64,000 bases of DNA from Corallochytrium limacisporum Hawaii (Eukaryota; Protista; Pluriformea). The notes under the pieces were generated by a model that worked only from the letters and a program-made list of their open reading frames with translations, was not told the DNA's origin and searched no databases. Positions 1 to 11,077 of the stretch are shown here, piece by piece; position 1 is the first letter of the stretch; each line of letters starts with the position of its first letter. The stretch lies in assembly GCA_002811645.1 (NCBI GenBank), contig PDIP01000025.1:1-64000 (forward strand), written 5' to 3'. A program made the translations under genes and the position numbers.

Positions 1-13
1 AACCCTAACCCTA
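1..13 (+). repeat. Telomere repeat (CCCTAA)n, ~2 units at the window start
   Basis: aaccctaacccta at base 1, C-rich strand oriented as expected for a left chromosome end, followed directly by a satellite. Confidence 0.7.
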
Positions 14-840
14 GAAAATTCCGCTTGTCCTGAAGGAGGTGGTATGCTGGTACGAACCTTTGTTGCGACTAACAGTATCAATTTGAGAAATCCTGATCAT
101 TAGAAAAGTGACCTCACGGAATGTTGAGATTATCAATCTTAATAAGCGGATACTCTCGGTCCATGAAAAAGAGCTCCGCCAATTTGGCAACTACACACTC
201 AACTCCATTACAAAAAATTCCGATCGCCCTGAGGGAGGGGGTATGCTGGCACGAACCTTTGTTTAGACTAAGCGTGCCCATTTTAGAGATCCTGGTCGCC
301 TACAAAAGTGTCCTCACGGAATGTTGCGATTATCAATCTTAATAAGCGGATACTCTCGGTACATGAAAAAGAACTCCGCCATTTTTGCAACCAAACACTC
401 AACTTGATTATTGACCATAATTCCGTGTGCCCTAAGGGAGGCGGCTAGGCTGGTACGAACCTCTGTTCAGAGGAAATGTGTCCAGATCAGTGATCCTGTT
501 CATTACTCCCCATTTGCCTCACGGAACATTGAGATTATGAATTCTCGTTAGATGAATCTCTTGGTACATGAAAAAGAGCTCCGCCATTTGGCAACCAACA
601 CTGACCTCCATTGGAGAAAATTCCGAGCGCCCTGAGGGAGGGGGTTACGCTGGTACGAACCTTTGTTTAGACTAAGAGTGCCCAGTTAAGTAATCCTGTT
701 CATTACAAGAATTGTCCTCACGGAATACTGAGACTATCAATTTCATAAGCTGATACTCTCGGTACATGAATAGGACAGCCGCCATTTGGCAACCAAGCAC
801 TCAACTTCATTGTTGGAGAAAATTCCGTTACCTAAGGAGG
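14..840. repeat. Subtelomeric tandem satellite, ~200-bp unit, ~4.1 diverged copies
   Basis: (aa)aattccg recurs at ~15, 214, 419, 617, 819. gctggyacgaacct, cctcacggaa and ctccgcca...ttggcaac recur with the same period. Confidence 0.95.
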
Positions 841-2333
841 ACCATACCAACCTCGGTCCAACAAAACATGTCGGAAGTTCTTATTCTTGTGTCAAACGGT
901 GGGGATATACCTCCACGGATGGAGCACACGTACAAGGACATGAATATGAGACACGGAACGTATGAGAAGCTTAAATTCATCCCATTGGAGATGCGCACGG
1001 CTCATGGCGCAAATTACAAATTCGCGGAGGCTACTTGATCGATTTACGTACACACCTATTTTAAGCATTAGAGATATTCCGGCGGCATGTTATGATTTGC
1101 CGGCCCAAATGCCTTAACGGGCCAACCAAACACCCCCCAACCGGGGGGGCCCAGACGGCTTGAGATCCCCCGACTCCTGAACCCCGCGGGGGAAGGGCTG
1201 GGGAAGCGGGGGAGAAAGGGACATGAGTGTCTGCCGCGGCGCATCTATGAGTCTATTAGGACGCAACGAGAACATAAGGACCACCGGGTGCAGCATCGAA
1301 CATTCAGATGCCGATTACTATAGAAATAGAGTCTCGTAGATGGATCAGTTTCAAACGGCTGCAGCCGTACCTGAACAGCGTGTGGTTCCGTCACCAACGT
1401 GGTCCTGGTCCTGGTGGATCTCAAAGACTCAAAGGTGGGTGCTCATACTGGCACTATGTTGCACCCATCTCCAGGCCCACAGACTATAGCTGACTCCCCA
1501 GGATCCAGAAGCTTTGGTAGAGACCTGCTTTAGCAACATCTTGTTGTCGTCAATGGACCCTCGACCTTGCGTTTGGAGATTATTTGGCATCTAGTGAGAC
1601 ACTTGAGAGATAGTAACACCTCCGAGAACACACATCTCTCCAGTGCATCCGTTTGGCACTTTGTACTGAAAAAATGGATACATGAGTTCCTAGCTAAGTG
1701 CAGATGCGCATGAAATGATCTCATTACCACTATACTGCCCACTGTCGGAGATAACCAACCGATCACGTTTGCATGGGACAGGATGTTCAAAGCCTTGTAT
1801 CAAGAGACTAACGGATCCGACGCACGCCACTGATATGCAAAATCGTATCGTAGCACGCTCGACGCTTCGGCATGTGACTGTGTGAACCAATAAGACACTT
1901 CTTCATACAATGCTTTTGTACATCCATGACTTTAATGTGTATCGGTTTCAGAATATGCGTACGAGTCAAGAAGTACATCCGGCACAAGGCACTTCCGTGC
2001 TGAATGGTGAGTTAGGTCCAAGGTATGTGATAGATAATTCCAAATCCTTCGGTGCACCGAGAGGAACCATATTGTGAGCCCTGCGATAGGTCCTGACCCC
2101 CAAGGAGACGGATAACTGGTTTCTCCTGTGACAAGACGAGAAATTGCAGAAGGGAAGCTTCGAACATACAGTTGAACGTAATGAAGAAGTTGGGCTTGAC
2201 AGATCAAAGTCCTCCAAATGAATGCACCAAAGGTATTTAAGACATCTGAACTAGGGAACTTTTGTGCGAATCACTTCTTTCTTATGTAACACCCATCACG
2301 AATCAAGTGATCGCTACTTATCTTTATTTGAAC

Positions 2334-3671
2334 ATGCTACGGACTTGTGCAGCACTACTGGCCGTAAATGCCGCGCTGGCAAAATCCACTTTTCGCAGGG
2401 ACCCTGACCCTGGTTACTGTCCAGAAATCCTTTATACTGCGGACGTCAATATTTGGGACGACATTTACAATCTTCACCAGGTGATCGAAGACCTCAATTT
2501 CTTCCATGTAATGAATGGCTCTGCTGATATGCGCCCCTTGTCTCAGTTTGTCATTAGTCAAGGCACTGCCTTTGAAGACTACATGGCAGAAAGGATGGGG
2601 AACTTTCAGGTCCTGGATCTGACAACTGGATCTATCGATCCTTGGAAGTCTATGCTTTGGAAGCTAAATGCGCTCGCAGGGCCGATTCTTGCAGCACCTT
2701 ACGAGATCGACCGCACAGATGCTAACGCTGATGAGTGGGACGGGTGGTACAATGCTCTTCATGATCTAACTCCCAGCGGTGTATTGGAATCTGACTGTAA
2801 TGCTGATGCCCATGATCCATCCTTCAAACCTTGGGCTGTAGGCTTCCCAGCTTACCTAGACAGCCAAAGTAAGGAAGTTAATCTACTGTACGCAGGCCAG
2901 AAAGCAAATTTCGTGGAAACACGCGTTTGGAGCTTTGAGCAGACAGGAACTCAACTGGTTGCACCTGTTTTCTATTCAGCGGTCGCTGTAGACATTTGTC
3001 CTACGTACACTTTCAAATTTGCAGAGGAAATTGCCGAACAGACAACCAGTTCGACAGCCCAAACGTACTCTGACAGCTACAGCAGTACAAACAAAATCGA
3101 AGTTACCGCCAAGGAAAGCGCCAAAATTTTTGGTTTGGGTCTCGAGCTCACCCAGAAATTAACTCAGCAATTATCAGAATCTAGCACCGTGGCTAGTACA
3201 ACAGGCGATACGTACACTTACAGGACCAGCACGGAGGTTGAGCACGACTTCGAGTTTAATTTCCCAGACCAATCTTTCTACAATGTGACCATATTTATCG
3301 ACCAGGTTCTTACCACCGTTGGTTTCACTGCAGATTTGGTCTACGACCCCGACACTACTGGTATTCAAGTTTGGATTCAGGGTAACCGTATTGCCGCGCA
3401 GGATGGATTCCCGAACATCCTCCTAGGTGACGGATACCTTACAACCCCGGCGAAGATCAAGAACGTTGCTGAAAAGGCAATGCGACTCATTGGAGCCGAG
3501 TGGTCTGACGCTTTCCTGAACACTTTGGTCTCGCCCAGTGTGTCTGGGGTTGCGGATACCCAAATCGGCACACGCCCACAGTCGTACGGTTACGCGTGTG
3601 ACGTAACGAAGGTGGATAATGAGTGCACTAAAGAGCTGGCGCTCCTGTATCCTCCTCCTTCAAACTGTTAG
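2334..3671 (+). CDS. Secreted aerolysin/ETX-MTX2-family beta-pore-forming toxin-like protein
   Basis: First ATG at 2334 gives signal peptide MLRTCAALLAVNAALA. Ser/Thr-rich strands flank an alternating amphipathic hairpin KIEVTAKESAKIFGLGLELTQKLTQQLS, followed by FEFNFPDQSFYNVTIFIDQVLTTVGFTADL. Confidence 0.7.
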   Translation: MLRTCAALLAVNAALAKSTFRRDPDPGYCPEILYTADVNIWDDIYNLHQVIEDLNFFHVMNGSADMRPLSQFVISQGTAFEDYMAERMGNFQVLDLTTGSIDPWKSMLWKLNALAGPILAAPYEIDRTDANADEWDGWYNALHDLTPSGVLESDCNADAHDPSFKPWAVGFPAYLDSQSKEVNLLYAGQKANFVETRVWSFEQTGTQLVAPVFYSAVAVDICPTYTFKFAEEIAEQTTSSTAQTYSDSYSSTNKIEVTAKESAKIFGLGLELTQKLTQQLSESSTVASTTGDTYTYRTSTEVEHDFEFNFPDQSFYNVTIFIDQVLTTVGFTADLVYDPDTTGIQVWIQGNRIAAQDGFPNILLGDGYLTTPAKIKNVAEKAMRLIGAEWSDAFLNTLVSPSVSGVADTQIGTRPQSYGYACDVTKVDNECTKELALLYPPPSNC

Positions 3672-3791
3672 GGACACGGAGCATGGAAGTACTTTGTCTT
3701 TCAGTGGGTGACAACCTGTCCTTTGGTTTGGCTCATGATATCAGGATCTGTTCTTGTCTAGACTCCATGCTGGCTGATTCAGGAACACAAA

Positions 3792-3892
3792 TCCCAGACC
3801 ACCGATAGTCCTCGCCTCAGAATTGAGCACATACAGCTTTATTCCCAGACCACTGACAGTCCTCGCCCCACAATTGAGCACATACAGCTTTT
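3792..3892. repeat. 51-bp imperfect tandem duplication
   Basis: tcccagaccac...agtcctcgcc...aattgagcacatacagcttt occurs twice back to back. Confidence 0.9.
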
Positions 3893-4522
3893 ATGATCAA
3901 GTTCAACCCCCGATGGGAGGGTGCTTTGTGATGAACAATACTGATTTTCCGATCATTGTCCCAATCTGCCGCAACAGCCAGAATTAGCATTTCGCTCCTG
4001 AATTTAGCATACAGAGCCTTGATCACATTCTTGTTCGCCATAATCGGCGCCTTCCTGCCCACTATTCCTACGGTTCCGAACTGCTGCTTTTACTTTCAAC
4101 GCATGGATACAAAGCAAGTTTTTCCATCGAAGTGCTCATCATTCACAGTCGTTTCACTGTCGTGCCCTTCCTGCTCATCCGTCTTCTCACTTTCACCTCT
4201 CGCGGTCTCGCAACAGCGGTGATGCACTTTGCCCAAACTGCTCCTGCTTTCTAATTCTTCCCCCTTTGTAGACCATGTGCTAAATCATAACACTGATCTT
4301 CTTTGTGCGATGTCCCCGATCGCGGATCTGCTGCTGTGCCATGGCCACTGATCACAAACGGTTTGTCCCTCATATATATCCCGATTGTGATACTAACGCC
4401 CGAAGTTGCGAATGTGTTGAGCTACCAAAATGTTGATTATAAATATATGTATGGAACAGAACGTTACAAAAGAAGATATGATGATATGATGGAGATCCTA
4501 AATGCCGTCTGGATAAATGACC

Positions 4523-5614
4523 TTACGCAATAAAGTCATTGGATAGATCGTCAGCAGGTTCGGATGCGGATCCATCCGTGTACTCCTGATCGTCGTCGTA
4601 GGTTTCTCCCTCATCATGTCCCTGGGAATCGATGTCACCGGTCACTTCTGACATTGGCTCAGCAGGAGTGGGAGCCTCAATGTCGGATCCAGCCGCAGCG
4701 GATGCCTTCTTCCTGCGGTTTTGGTTGTAGATGATGCCACCGGCCAAACATGCCACACCAGCGATAGCACCCACTGTAGCACCAATGTACAAGCCAGTGT
4801 CCTGGCCGCTGTCGCCAGTGTTGTCAGCTTCCGCACCGTCGGGATTTGCTGCGGCGTCTTCGTTGACGGCTCCATCTTCGTTGGTGGTGTTGTCACCACC
4901 GTTGTTGCCATCATTGGCATTGTCAGGCTGAGTCTGCTGGTTGTCGTCCTGCTGACCATTGTCCTGATTTTGGTTGTTGTCCTGGTTGTCATTGTTGTTT
5001 TGGTCATTGCCGTTGTTGTCGCCATTGTCAGGGTTTCCAGCGGCGCCATCATTGTCCTGCTGATCATCTTCCTTGATCACGGGAGGAATCACCTTGCAGA
5101 AAACATCGTGAGGTGAAGGTTCAAACATGGGCCTGGGACCCTTCTGGCCGTCGGGTTGATCCTCGTTCCAGCGGATGCTGCCTCCAAGATAGAGACTGGG
5201 ATAAGTTCGTCCGAAATGCATGGGTGTCTCCTCAGGGTTGCCAGCAATGGAAACAAAGAGATTTTCGTTGTTGCAGCCGAACGTGACCTCGACACCATTC
5301 TCATCTCTGGTGGTCCAGCTACCGTTGCAGGTAAAATCGGGAGAGTCAGCACGGACTGGGAAGTCAATGCGCTCCAGGGCCCAACCTGCACAGGCAGCGC
5401 CTTGCTCGAACTTGGTCTCGTAGTTACCCTGCACACGGAAGAACAACTCACCTTCGTAATCATTGGCATTATTTTCCCACAGGATCGGGTAGTTGGTGGT
5501 GAAGACGAACTTGCAGTTGACAACGCCATCATCATTGGGCTCCAAGTTGCACCGGCCCTGGGCAGCGGCCATACCAGCAAGAGCTGTGAGAACAATAGAC
5601 TGCTTCATGACCAT
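4523..5614 (-). CDS. Type I membrane surface protein: Cys-containing N-terminal domain (CBM2-like pattern), N/D/Q-rich stalk, TM, acidic tail
   Basis: 363-aa ORF with signal peptide, 6 Cys in the N-domain, low-complexity NDQ linker, and TM LYIGATVGAIAGVACLAGGIIY followed by RRKK. Confidence 0.85.
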   Translation of the reverse strand: MVMKQSIVLTALAGMAAAQGRCNLEPNDDGVVNCKFVFTTNYPILWENNANDYEGELFFRVQGNYETKFEQGAACAGWALERIDFPVRADSPDFTCNGSWTTRDENGVEVTFGCNNENLFVSIAGNPEETPMHFGRTYPSLYLGGSIRWNEDQPDGQKGPRPMFEPSPHDVFCKVIPPVIKEDDQQDNDGAAGNPDNGDNNGNDQNNNDNQDNNQNQDNGQQDDNQQTQPDNANDGNNGGDNTTNEDGAVNEDAAANPDGAEADNTGDSGQDTGLYIGATVGAIAGVACLAGGIIYNQNRRKKASAAAGSDIEAPTPAEPMSEVTGDIDSQGHDEGETYDDDQEYTDGSASEPADDLSNDFIA

Positions 5615-7044
5615 GATTTCAAAAAAGAAACGAAAAAGAGCGGGATCTCACTGGATATCTAGGCTAGAACTCCGACTTTGCCTCTGAAGTCTTTGATCAA
5701 TGGCCCTGTGCGAATGTCCACGGTGGAATCCTGCGGAGTCTGAAATACATGCACGTAACCCACTGGATCTTCCACTTGGCCAGTTGCAACAAGCCCGGTC
5801 CATCCAATCGTTGCTTGTTCGTTCGCATCAGAATCACAGTCGCTGTTCTATTCGCTTTAGGCCGCACCGCCTGGTTTTTCTTGCCCAGCTGGACTTACCT
5901 TTTGGTCGCATCATCACAGTTTCCACTTCGAATGGTACGCTGGTTAGTAGTACTGGAAGTGAATTGTGATACACTCCGTGTCGACATTATCAATTCATCA
6001 TACCATACTCATCATACACAATGTAGGACACAAACGACTATGATCATGCACTATCGTGCATGCATGTCTCATACTCATCACAGTCATCATCATCAATCCA
6101 AAGCAAACGGAACAATTAATGCGTGCGCACTCTGGGGGAAAAGGCACAATAAACACGCGACGTCCACCCAGTCATCCCACCCACGGGTCCATCTATGATC
6201 TCTCCGTATGATTCCAAAAGACATAAAGGTTATATCGGAAAGTGACATTCAATCAACACGGGGACCATTCCAACTCGCAAGGATTATAGAAACACCCCTG
6301 CTGGACCCCGAATGAAGCAAGGCAAGTCAAGACAAAGCAGAAAGACCGATGATTTGCCCAAAAAATTGCCAGCACCCGAAAGAACCCTCCCGGAGTTTCC
6401 ACTAAAATGCACAATATGCACTATCGTCAACAAATATATCAATATAATCATCATCAACACTACCATTCATGTCTTTGATAGACCTATGGATTATTGGAAA
6501 TCCAAACGAAAAAGACAACTTTGCAATTTTTGCCCGGGCTTGCGCGATGAGGTGCTCGATCCAGGCAGAGCACGAGGCAGCACTCTCCCTGATTTGCCGG
6601 TTTTGTGGCCTTCAACAATTATGAGTTTACAGTGCACACTTATATTAGGAATGTCAAAATTATGATCTTATATTAAGTATTTCCTACACATAGTTGTCGA
6701 CAATGAGACCTATCTATCTATTGTTCATCGATGACCCGATCCACTGGGGAATCTACCCGGGACTCGGACAGGCAGGCCGCCGATCGATTCCGTGTTCTTT
6801 TATTCCTTGATTTTGTATTGCTTTGTTGTCCCTTTTTTGGCCTTTTTTGTTCCTATAGATTCTCAACCATCAATGAAGTGTCTGTTACAGCAGCCACGCA
6901 ACCCATCAAGTCCGTCCGGACTTTTGTTCTGTACATCATTAGAGACTGGAACACAATGAGCATCCATCTGCTCATCATCATCATGGAAGGTTTGCAGTTG
7001 TTGTGGTCGCTATATTGGTTACAGCACTCCCTAAACTCCACAAA

Positions 7045-7047
<3 letters not shown>

Positions 7048-7106
<59 letters not shown>
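7048..7106. repeat. (CT)n microsatellite
   Basis: ~29 perfect CT units. Confidence 0.98.
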
Positions 7107-7109
<3 letters not shown>

Positions 7110-9166
7110 GCCTGTCCCTCCCTCTGAGTCCGCGCGCACCGTTGGCACCACGGCACCAAAAGGACTCCATCACAACTTTTTCGATAGCCCTGTGTTCCAT
7201 AACTCCGGCGATTTCAACCATCCTTGTGCCCGATCAGAGTGTGCAGAACGTTAGTAAACAGACGTGGCGGCAGTTCTGGGTTTATTGTTAAACCAAGCCC
7301 TTCAAGTTCAAGGTGGGCAGGTATAAAAAACAAAGAAACTCTCACTGGGGACCAGGGGGGGGGGGAGGCGTAGGCACCAAGTGCAACGGGGGGGGTCTCC
7401 GTCGCGATCGCAAGTATTTTTTTCTCTTCCTCCTCCTTCTTTGGCCCTCCCCCCCCCGGGGTCCCAAAACCCTATCCCAGCGGACGCTTAGTCAATGTAC
7501 TGCTAGTCAGACCCATTCCTTGCCCACCCAACACACATTCCTTCCTCAGCAACGAAGCCGGGAAGGGCAACAGAAAGGCAAGCAAGGCTTGCTATAGAGA
7601 GAAATGCAGGAAGAGAGAGAAAGAAAAAGTTTTTTTTTTCATTTCCTTCCTTTGAAAGCCCTCGCTGAGCCTGCGGTTTTCCGCACTACTTACATTCTTG
7701 GGTTTCGCCTAATTAAAGCCCTATTCACCAATTTGAACTGACCCTCTCGCTCTCCCCCTCCCCTCCCCGGGGGGGGGGGCCTTTCCTCAGGGCTTGGCGC
7801 GCGCTCACTCCAGTTTTGTCGTTCGTCATTGTTGAGCGGGGTGTGTGTGCCATGGGCCAAAGGGGCCATAGAAAACACCTAAGCCGCAGGTTTCGGCAGA
7901 GCTTTTTCATTGCACAAAAGAGAAATTGGGAACCCAGGGTAATGGCCTGCAGTGGGAGCTCATAGGCCCCGGCAAAGAAGAGCTGGTACCCATCAGTACA
8001 TGCAAATTGGGGAGGGGGGGGAGGGCTCAGCCACTTAATAGTCGGAATTTGGTGCTGTGTTGAATTCACTTCGGCTTGCCCCTGCTCGATCCCACCCGGT
8101 GAGGGCTGCAATACTCCCGCCATAGACTGGCGTAGGGATTGCCCCTCACGAGCGCCAACCGCATGTCTATGGTGGACCCGCCTAGTTCCCTGGTCACTAG
8201 TGGCGAATTCCAAATAACCTCAACACTAACGGAAGGCTGTACGTACTTTGCCATAGAATGTGCATCCAGCATCCAACCGCCGTAGTATCCTACCAGAGAG
8301 TGTAGCCCCCTTCGATGGTGGGTGGTGAGTTGATGTTGCTGTGCGAACGGTGTCCTATCGAATGAGTCCCTTATCTTGCCGGAAGCGTACACAGGAAGTC
8401 CACTGTCAACTTGCGGCCATTCCCTACCCCGGGGCTCCCGGGACCCCGTCTCCCAGAAAATAGCAGAATACGGTAGAGACATCGAGGGTGTCGGAGAAGC
8501 GCTGTCTCGGAGGAGCATGTGCAAGTGCTGACAGTGACCGGGTTGGTGTTGATGAATGAATACACTACGACGGACCGCAGCAGATGACCCCAACTGCACA
8601 TGCACAATCCCACTCTAGATCTGACAGTGTGCAAACGAACGCAAAAGTGGCAAAGACCAAGAATGCCAATTATGCATGCCATTCCATCTATGGGGCAGCG
8701 GACACGTTGTTGTTCACTCGATCGGCCCCAAGTGAGCTTTGTTGATGATGGCTCGTGAGCCCGCGACCAGAAAATCAAAAGCAACGGTGACCAGAACGAA
8801 CCACGGGGTATAAACCTGCCATAAGCGGTAGGTATCTTCACAATAAACCTCATTTACCGTCGCAGTGCAGTACTTGGCATATTGACTTTCGTCACAAAAT
8901 TAAATCAACAGTATTTGATTCATTTAGATTCATTATTCTGAAACATCCACCATAGGGTTGGTTGGACAGTATCAGCAACGACACGCTATTTCCGTTTTCA
9001 ATGACGGGAATGACGAATGCCAACACCTGAACCAACCGAAGGCCAATTCTGCCCAAGCTAAGGCCGGGTGCCAAGATACGCAATGGATGTGTACCTATAG
9101 CTGCTGTGAGGAATTGTGCTATGTTTGTTTCTGTTAAAAAGCTTGTATTGTCGTCTTGGGTCAGTC

Positions 9167-11077
9167 TCACTTCGAAAGGGATGAACGTCCTCCAGATCCG
9201 CGTCCGGAACCATTCTCGCTGTGGTCACCACGATCACGCGCTTCTGCCAACCAGGGACTCTGAAGGGCATCTTGTGCAGACTGTCTGCGTTCTGGATTCA
9301 TGTCCAACATGGGCAGCAGGAATTCAGTCAGTGCTTGCGCCTCGCTCTCCTCCATGCCGTACTTCTCTACCAGGACATCGTACAGTTTAAAGAATTTGAG
9401 TTCCTTAATATTCCGTAATTCGTAGCGACGGTTGAAAAAGTCCCTTGCGTACTTGCCCACAATCAGGTGCCTTGGCATCTTGCCCAGTAACTCCATGATC
9501 TGTGCGAGATGGTCCTCGTCACGGGTGTAATTGCGTCCCGAGTACGGCTCAAACAGAAACTCACCGGTCACCAGCTCAAAGACCATGCAGGCCAGCGACC
9601 AAATGTCTGCAGTCTCATTGTATCCCGCGCCCAGAATAACTTCAGGGCTTCGGTACTGACGCGTCTGAATGTCATCGGTGAAATGATGCGTGATCCAGCA
9701 CGCATTGCCAAGATCGGCAATCTTCACATCGCATTCAAAGCTCTGGGCAATGCGCAGCAGCGAACTCGAGCTGGCAGAACGGCGAGATGGGCGGCGCGAC
9801 AGCAGTGGAGCCATAAATTCGGCACTGACTCTCTCTGTGATGGGCTCCCCGGGATTAGCAGCCGCCAACTGCGGTATCGAACCGACACTGCCACTTCCCC
9901 TGGGCACCTGGCCGTTGTCGCTGCTGCCACTGCGCTCGCCGGGCTTGCCGAGCGGTGGACTGTTCTCTCCGATGGTACCGAGGTTGGAGACACTCAGTGA
10001 TGACAGTCGACGCATACTCTGGGCCTGTTGATCGTAGAGGTCCCGCTCAATCTTACGCCGAAGCTTTTGCCGGACGCGGTTCAACTGGTTCTTCGTCAGG
10101 CGCTTGTCGGCATAGTTTTCGTCCAGTTCCTTTTCCACGCGAAGATCAATATCTGATGCCGCTTTCAAATTCGACGTCGATTCATGGAGGGTCGCGGCTT
10201 CCGTAGCGAGCGCGTCGATTTCGTCAGTGGTCATGGCCATGAGCACGTTCTCCGGCTTAATATCTGTGTGGATGATGCTGCACTTCCTATGCATGTAGTC
10301 CAGACCCTGCAGAACCTGATAGGTAATATTCTTAACCAGTGGTAAGGGAACACCACGGTATTTGTACTTCTTGATCAAACTCAGCAAGTTCTTACCCAGA
10401 ACTTCAAATACCATACAAATGTGCTGCCCATGCGGTCCTTTGATCCGGAAATCATTGTACATCTGAACGACATGCTGACGGCCCGGGTCCTTGGGATCGC
10501 AATTTCGCATTGTCCGTAGCAGACGAATTTCATCCAACGCTGCCTCGGTGTAATGCTCAGCGCTCTTAACAATCTTCAGAGCTGCGAACCTTTCCTTCCC
10601 AAGATCCTTGGCCAGCCACACCGTGCTGAACTGTCCCCAACCCAGCTTCGTGATGGTCTTGTAGGAACCACCATAGGTTTCGCCTTCGTTTACAGGGTGA
10701 TAGCCTCCTTTCTTGTAGTCCTCTTCATCCTCGTCGTCTGACATGTTCTCAGTGTCTGTGCTGCTGCCATCGCTGTCATCAAAATCTTCAGCCCTCACAA
10801 CGTCATCCGTCTTCAGACTGTCAGACTCGAGAGTCATGGCCCCCATGGAGTTCCGAAACTGGGGATCAATGCTTACGTCCAGATTGCTTTCGCTGTTGGT
10901 GGCTCGCAGAGCGTAATGGTGCTTCTGGTGACTCTGATGAGGCACCATGGGAGCTCCAGGGGTCTGAGGGGGATCTATGGGTGACTCAACTTGCCGCAGC
11001 CGCTCGGGCGGCGGCGGCGTGTCCAGCGCGTCTGACAGACGAGGTTCTGTCAACCGAATATGCTGAGGAGGATCCAT
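9167..11077 (-). CDS. SRPK: SR-protein kinase (SRPK family) with spacer-split kinase domain
   Basis: EDYKKGGYHPV, KLGWGQFSTVWL, KSAEHYTEAALDEI, IIHTDIKPEN, spacer, KIADLGNACW...FTDDIQTRQYRSPEV, YTRDEDHLAQIMELLG. Confidence 0.97.
   Translation of the reverse strand: MDPPQHIRLTEPRLSDALDTPPPPERLRQVESPIDPPQTPGAPMVPHQSHQKHHYALRATNSESNLDVSIDPQFRNSMGAMTLESDSLKTDDVVRAEDFDDSDGSSTDTENMSDDEDEEDYKKGGYHPVNEGETYGGSYKTITKLGWGQFSTVWLAKDLGKERFAALKIVKSAEHYTEAALDEIRLLRTMRNCDPKDPGRQHVVQMYNDFRIKGPHGQHICMVFEVLGKNLLSLIKKYKYRGVPLPLVKNITYQVLQGLDYMHRKCSIIHTDIKPENVLMAMTTDEIDALATEAATLHESTSNLKAASDIDLRVEKELDENYADKRLTKNQLNRVRQKLRRKIERDLYDQQAQSMRRLSSLSVSNLGTIGENSPPLGKPGERSGSSDNGQVPRGSGSVGSIPQLAAANPGEPITERVSAEFMAPLLSRRPSRRSASSSSLLRIAQSFECDVKIADLGNACWITHHFTDDIQTRQYRSPEVILGAGYNETADIWSLACMVFELVTGEFLFEPYSGRNYTRDEDHLAQIMELLGKMPRHLIVGKYARDFFNRRYELRNIKELKFFKLYDVLVEKYGMEESEAQALTEFLLPMLDMNPERRQSAQDALQSPWLAEARDRGDHSENGSGRGSGGRSSLSK

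Noticed and set aside
617-665. Vault-RNA-like 3' end on the minus strand of satellite copy 4 (GGTTCG...GGGCGCTC...TTTT)
   Set aside because: GGGCGCTC occurs in only one copy, and no A-box or terminal stem was found; probably chance
14-840. CRISPR-like array
   Set aside because: Whole ~200-bp units are homologous; there are no unique spacers or cas genes, and the context is eukaryotic
1500-1833. Stop-interrupted plus-strand frame (HLVVVNGPSTLRLEII...) as a pseudogene
   Set aside because: No recognisable family motif; cannot be supported without a search
2262-2333. ORF-track N-terminal extension of the toxin (likewise 31967-32017 for the hydrolase)
   Set aside because: Non-ATG starts; the downstream ATGs give a clean signal peptide or domain start
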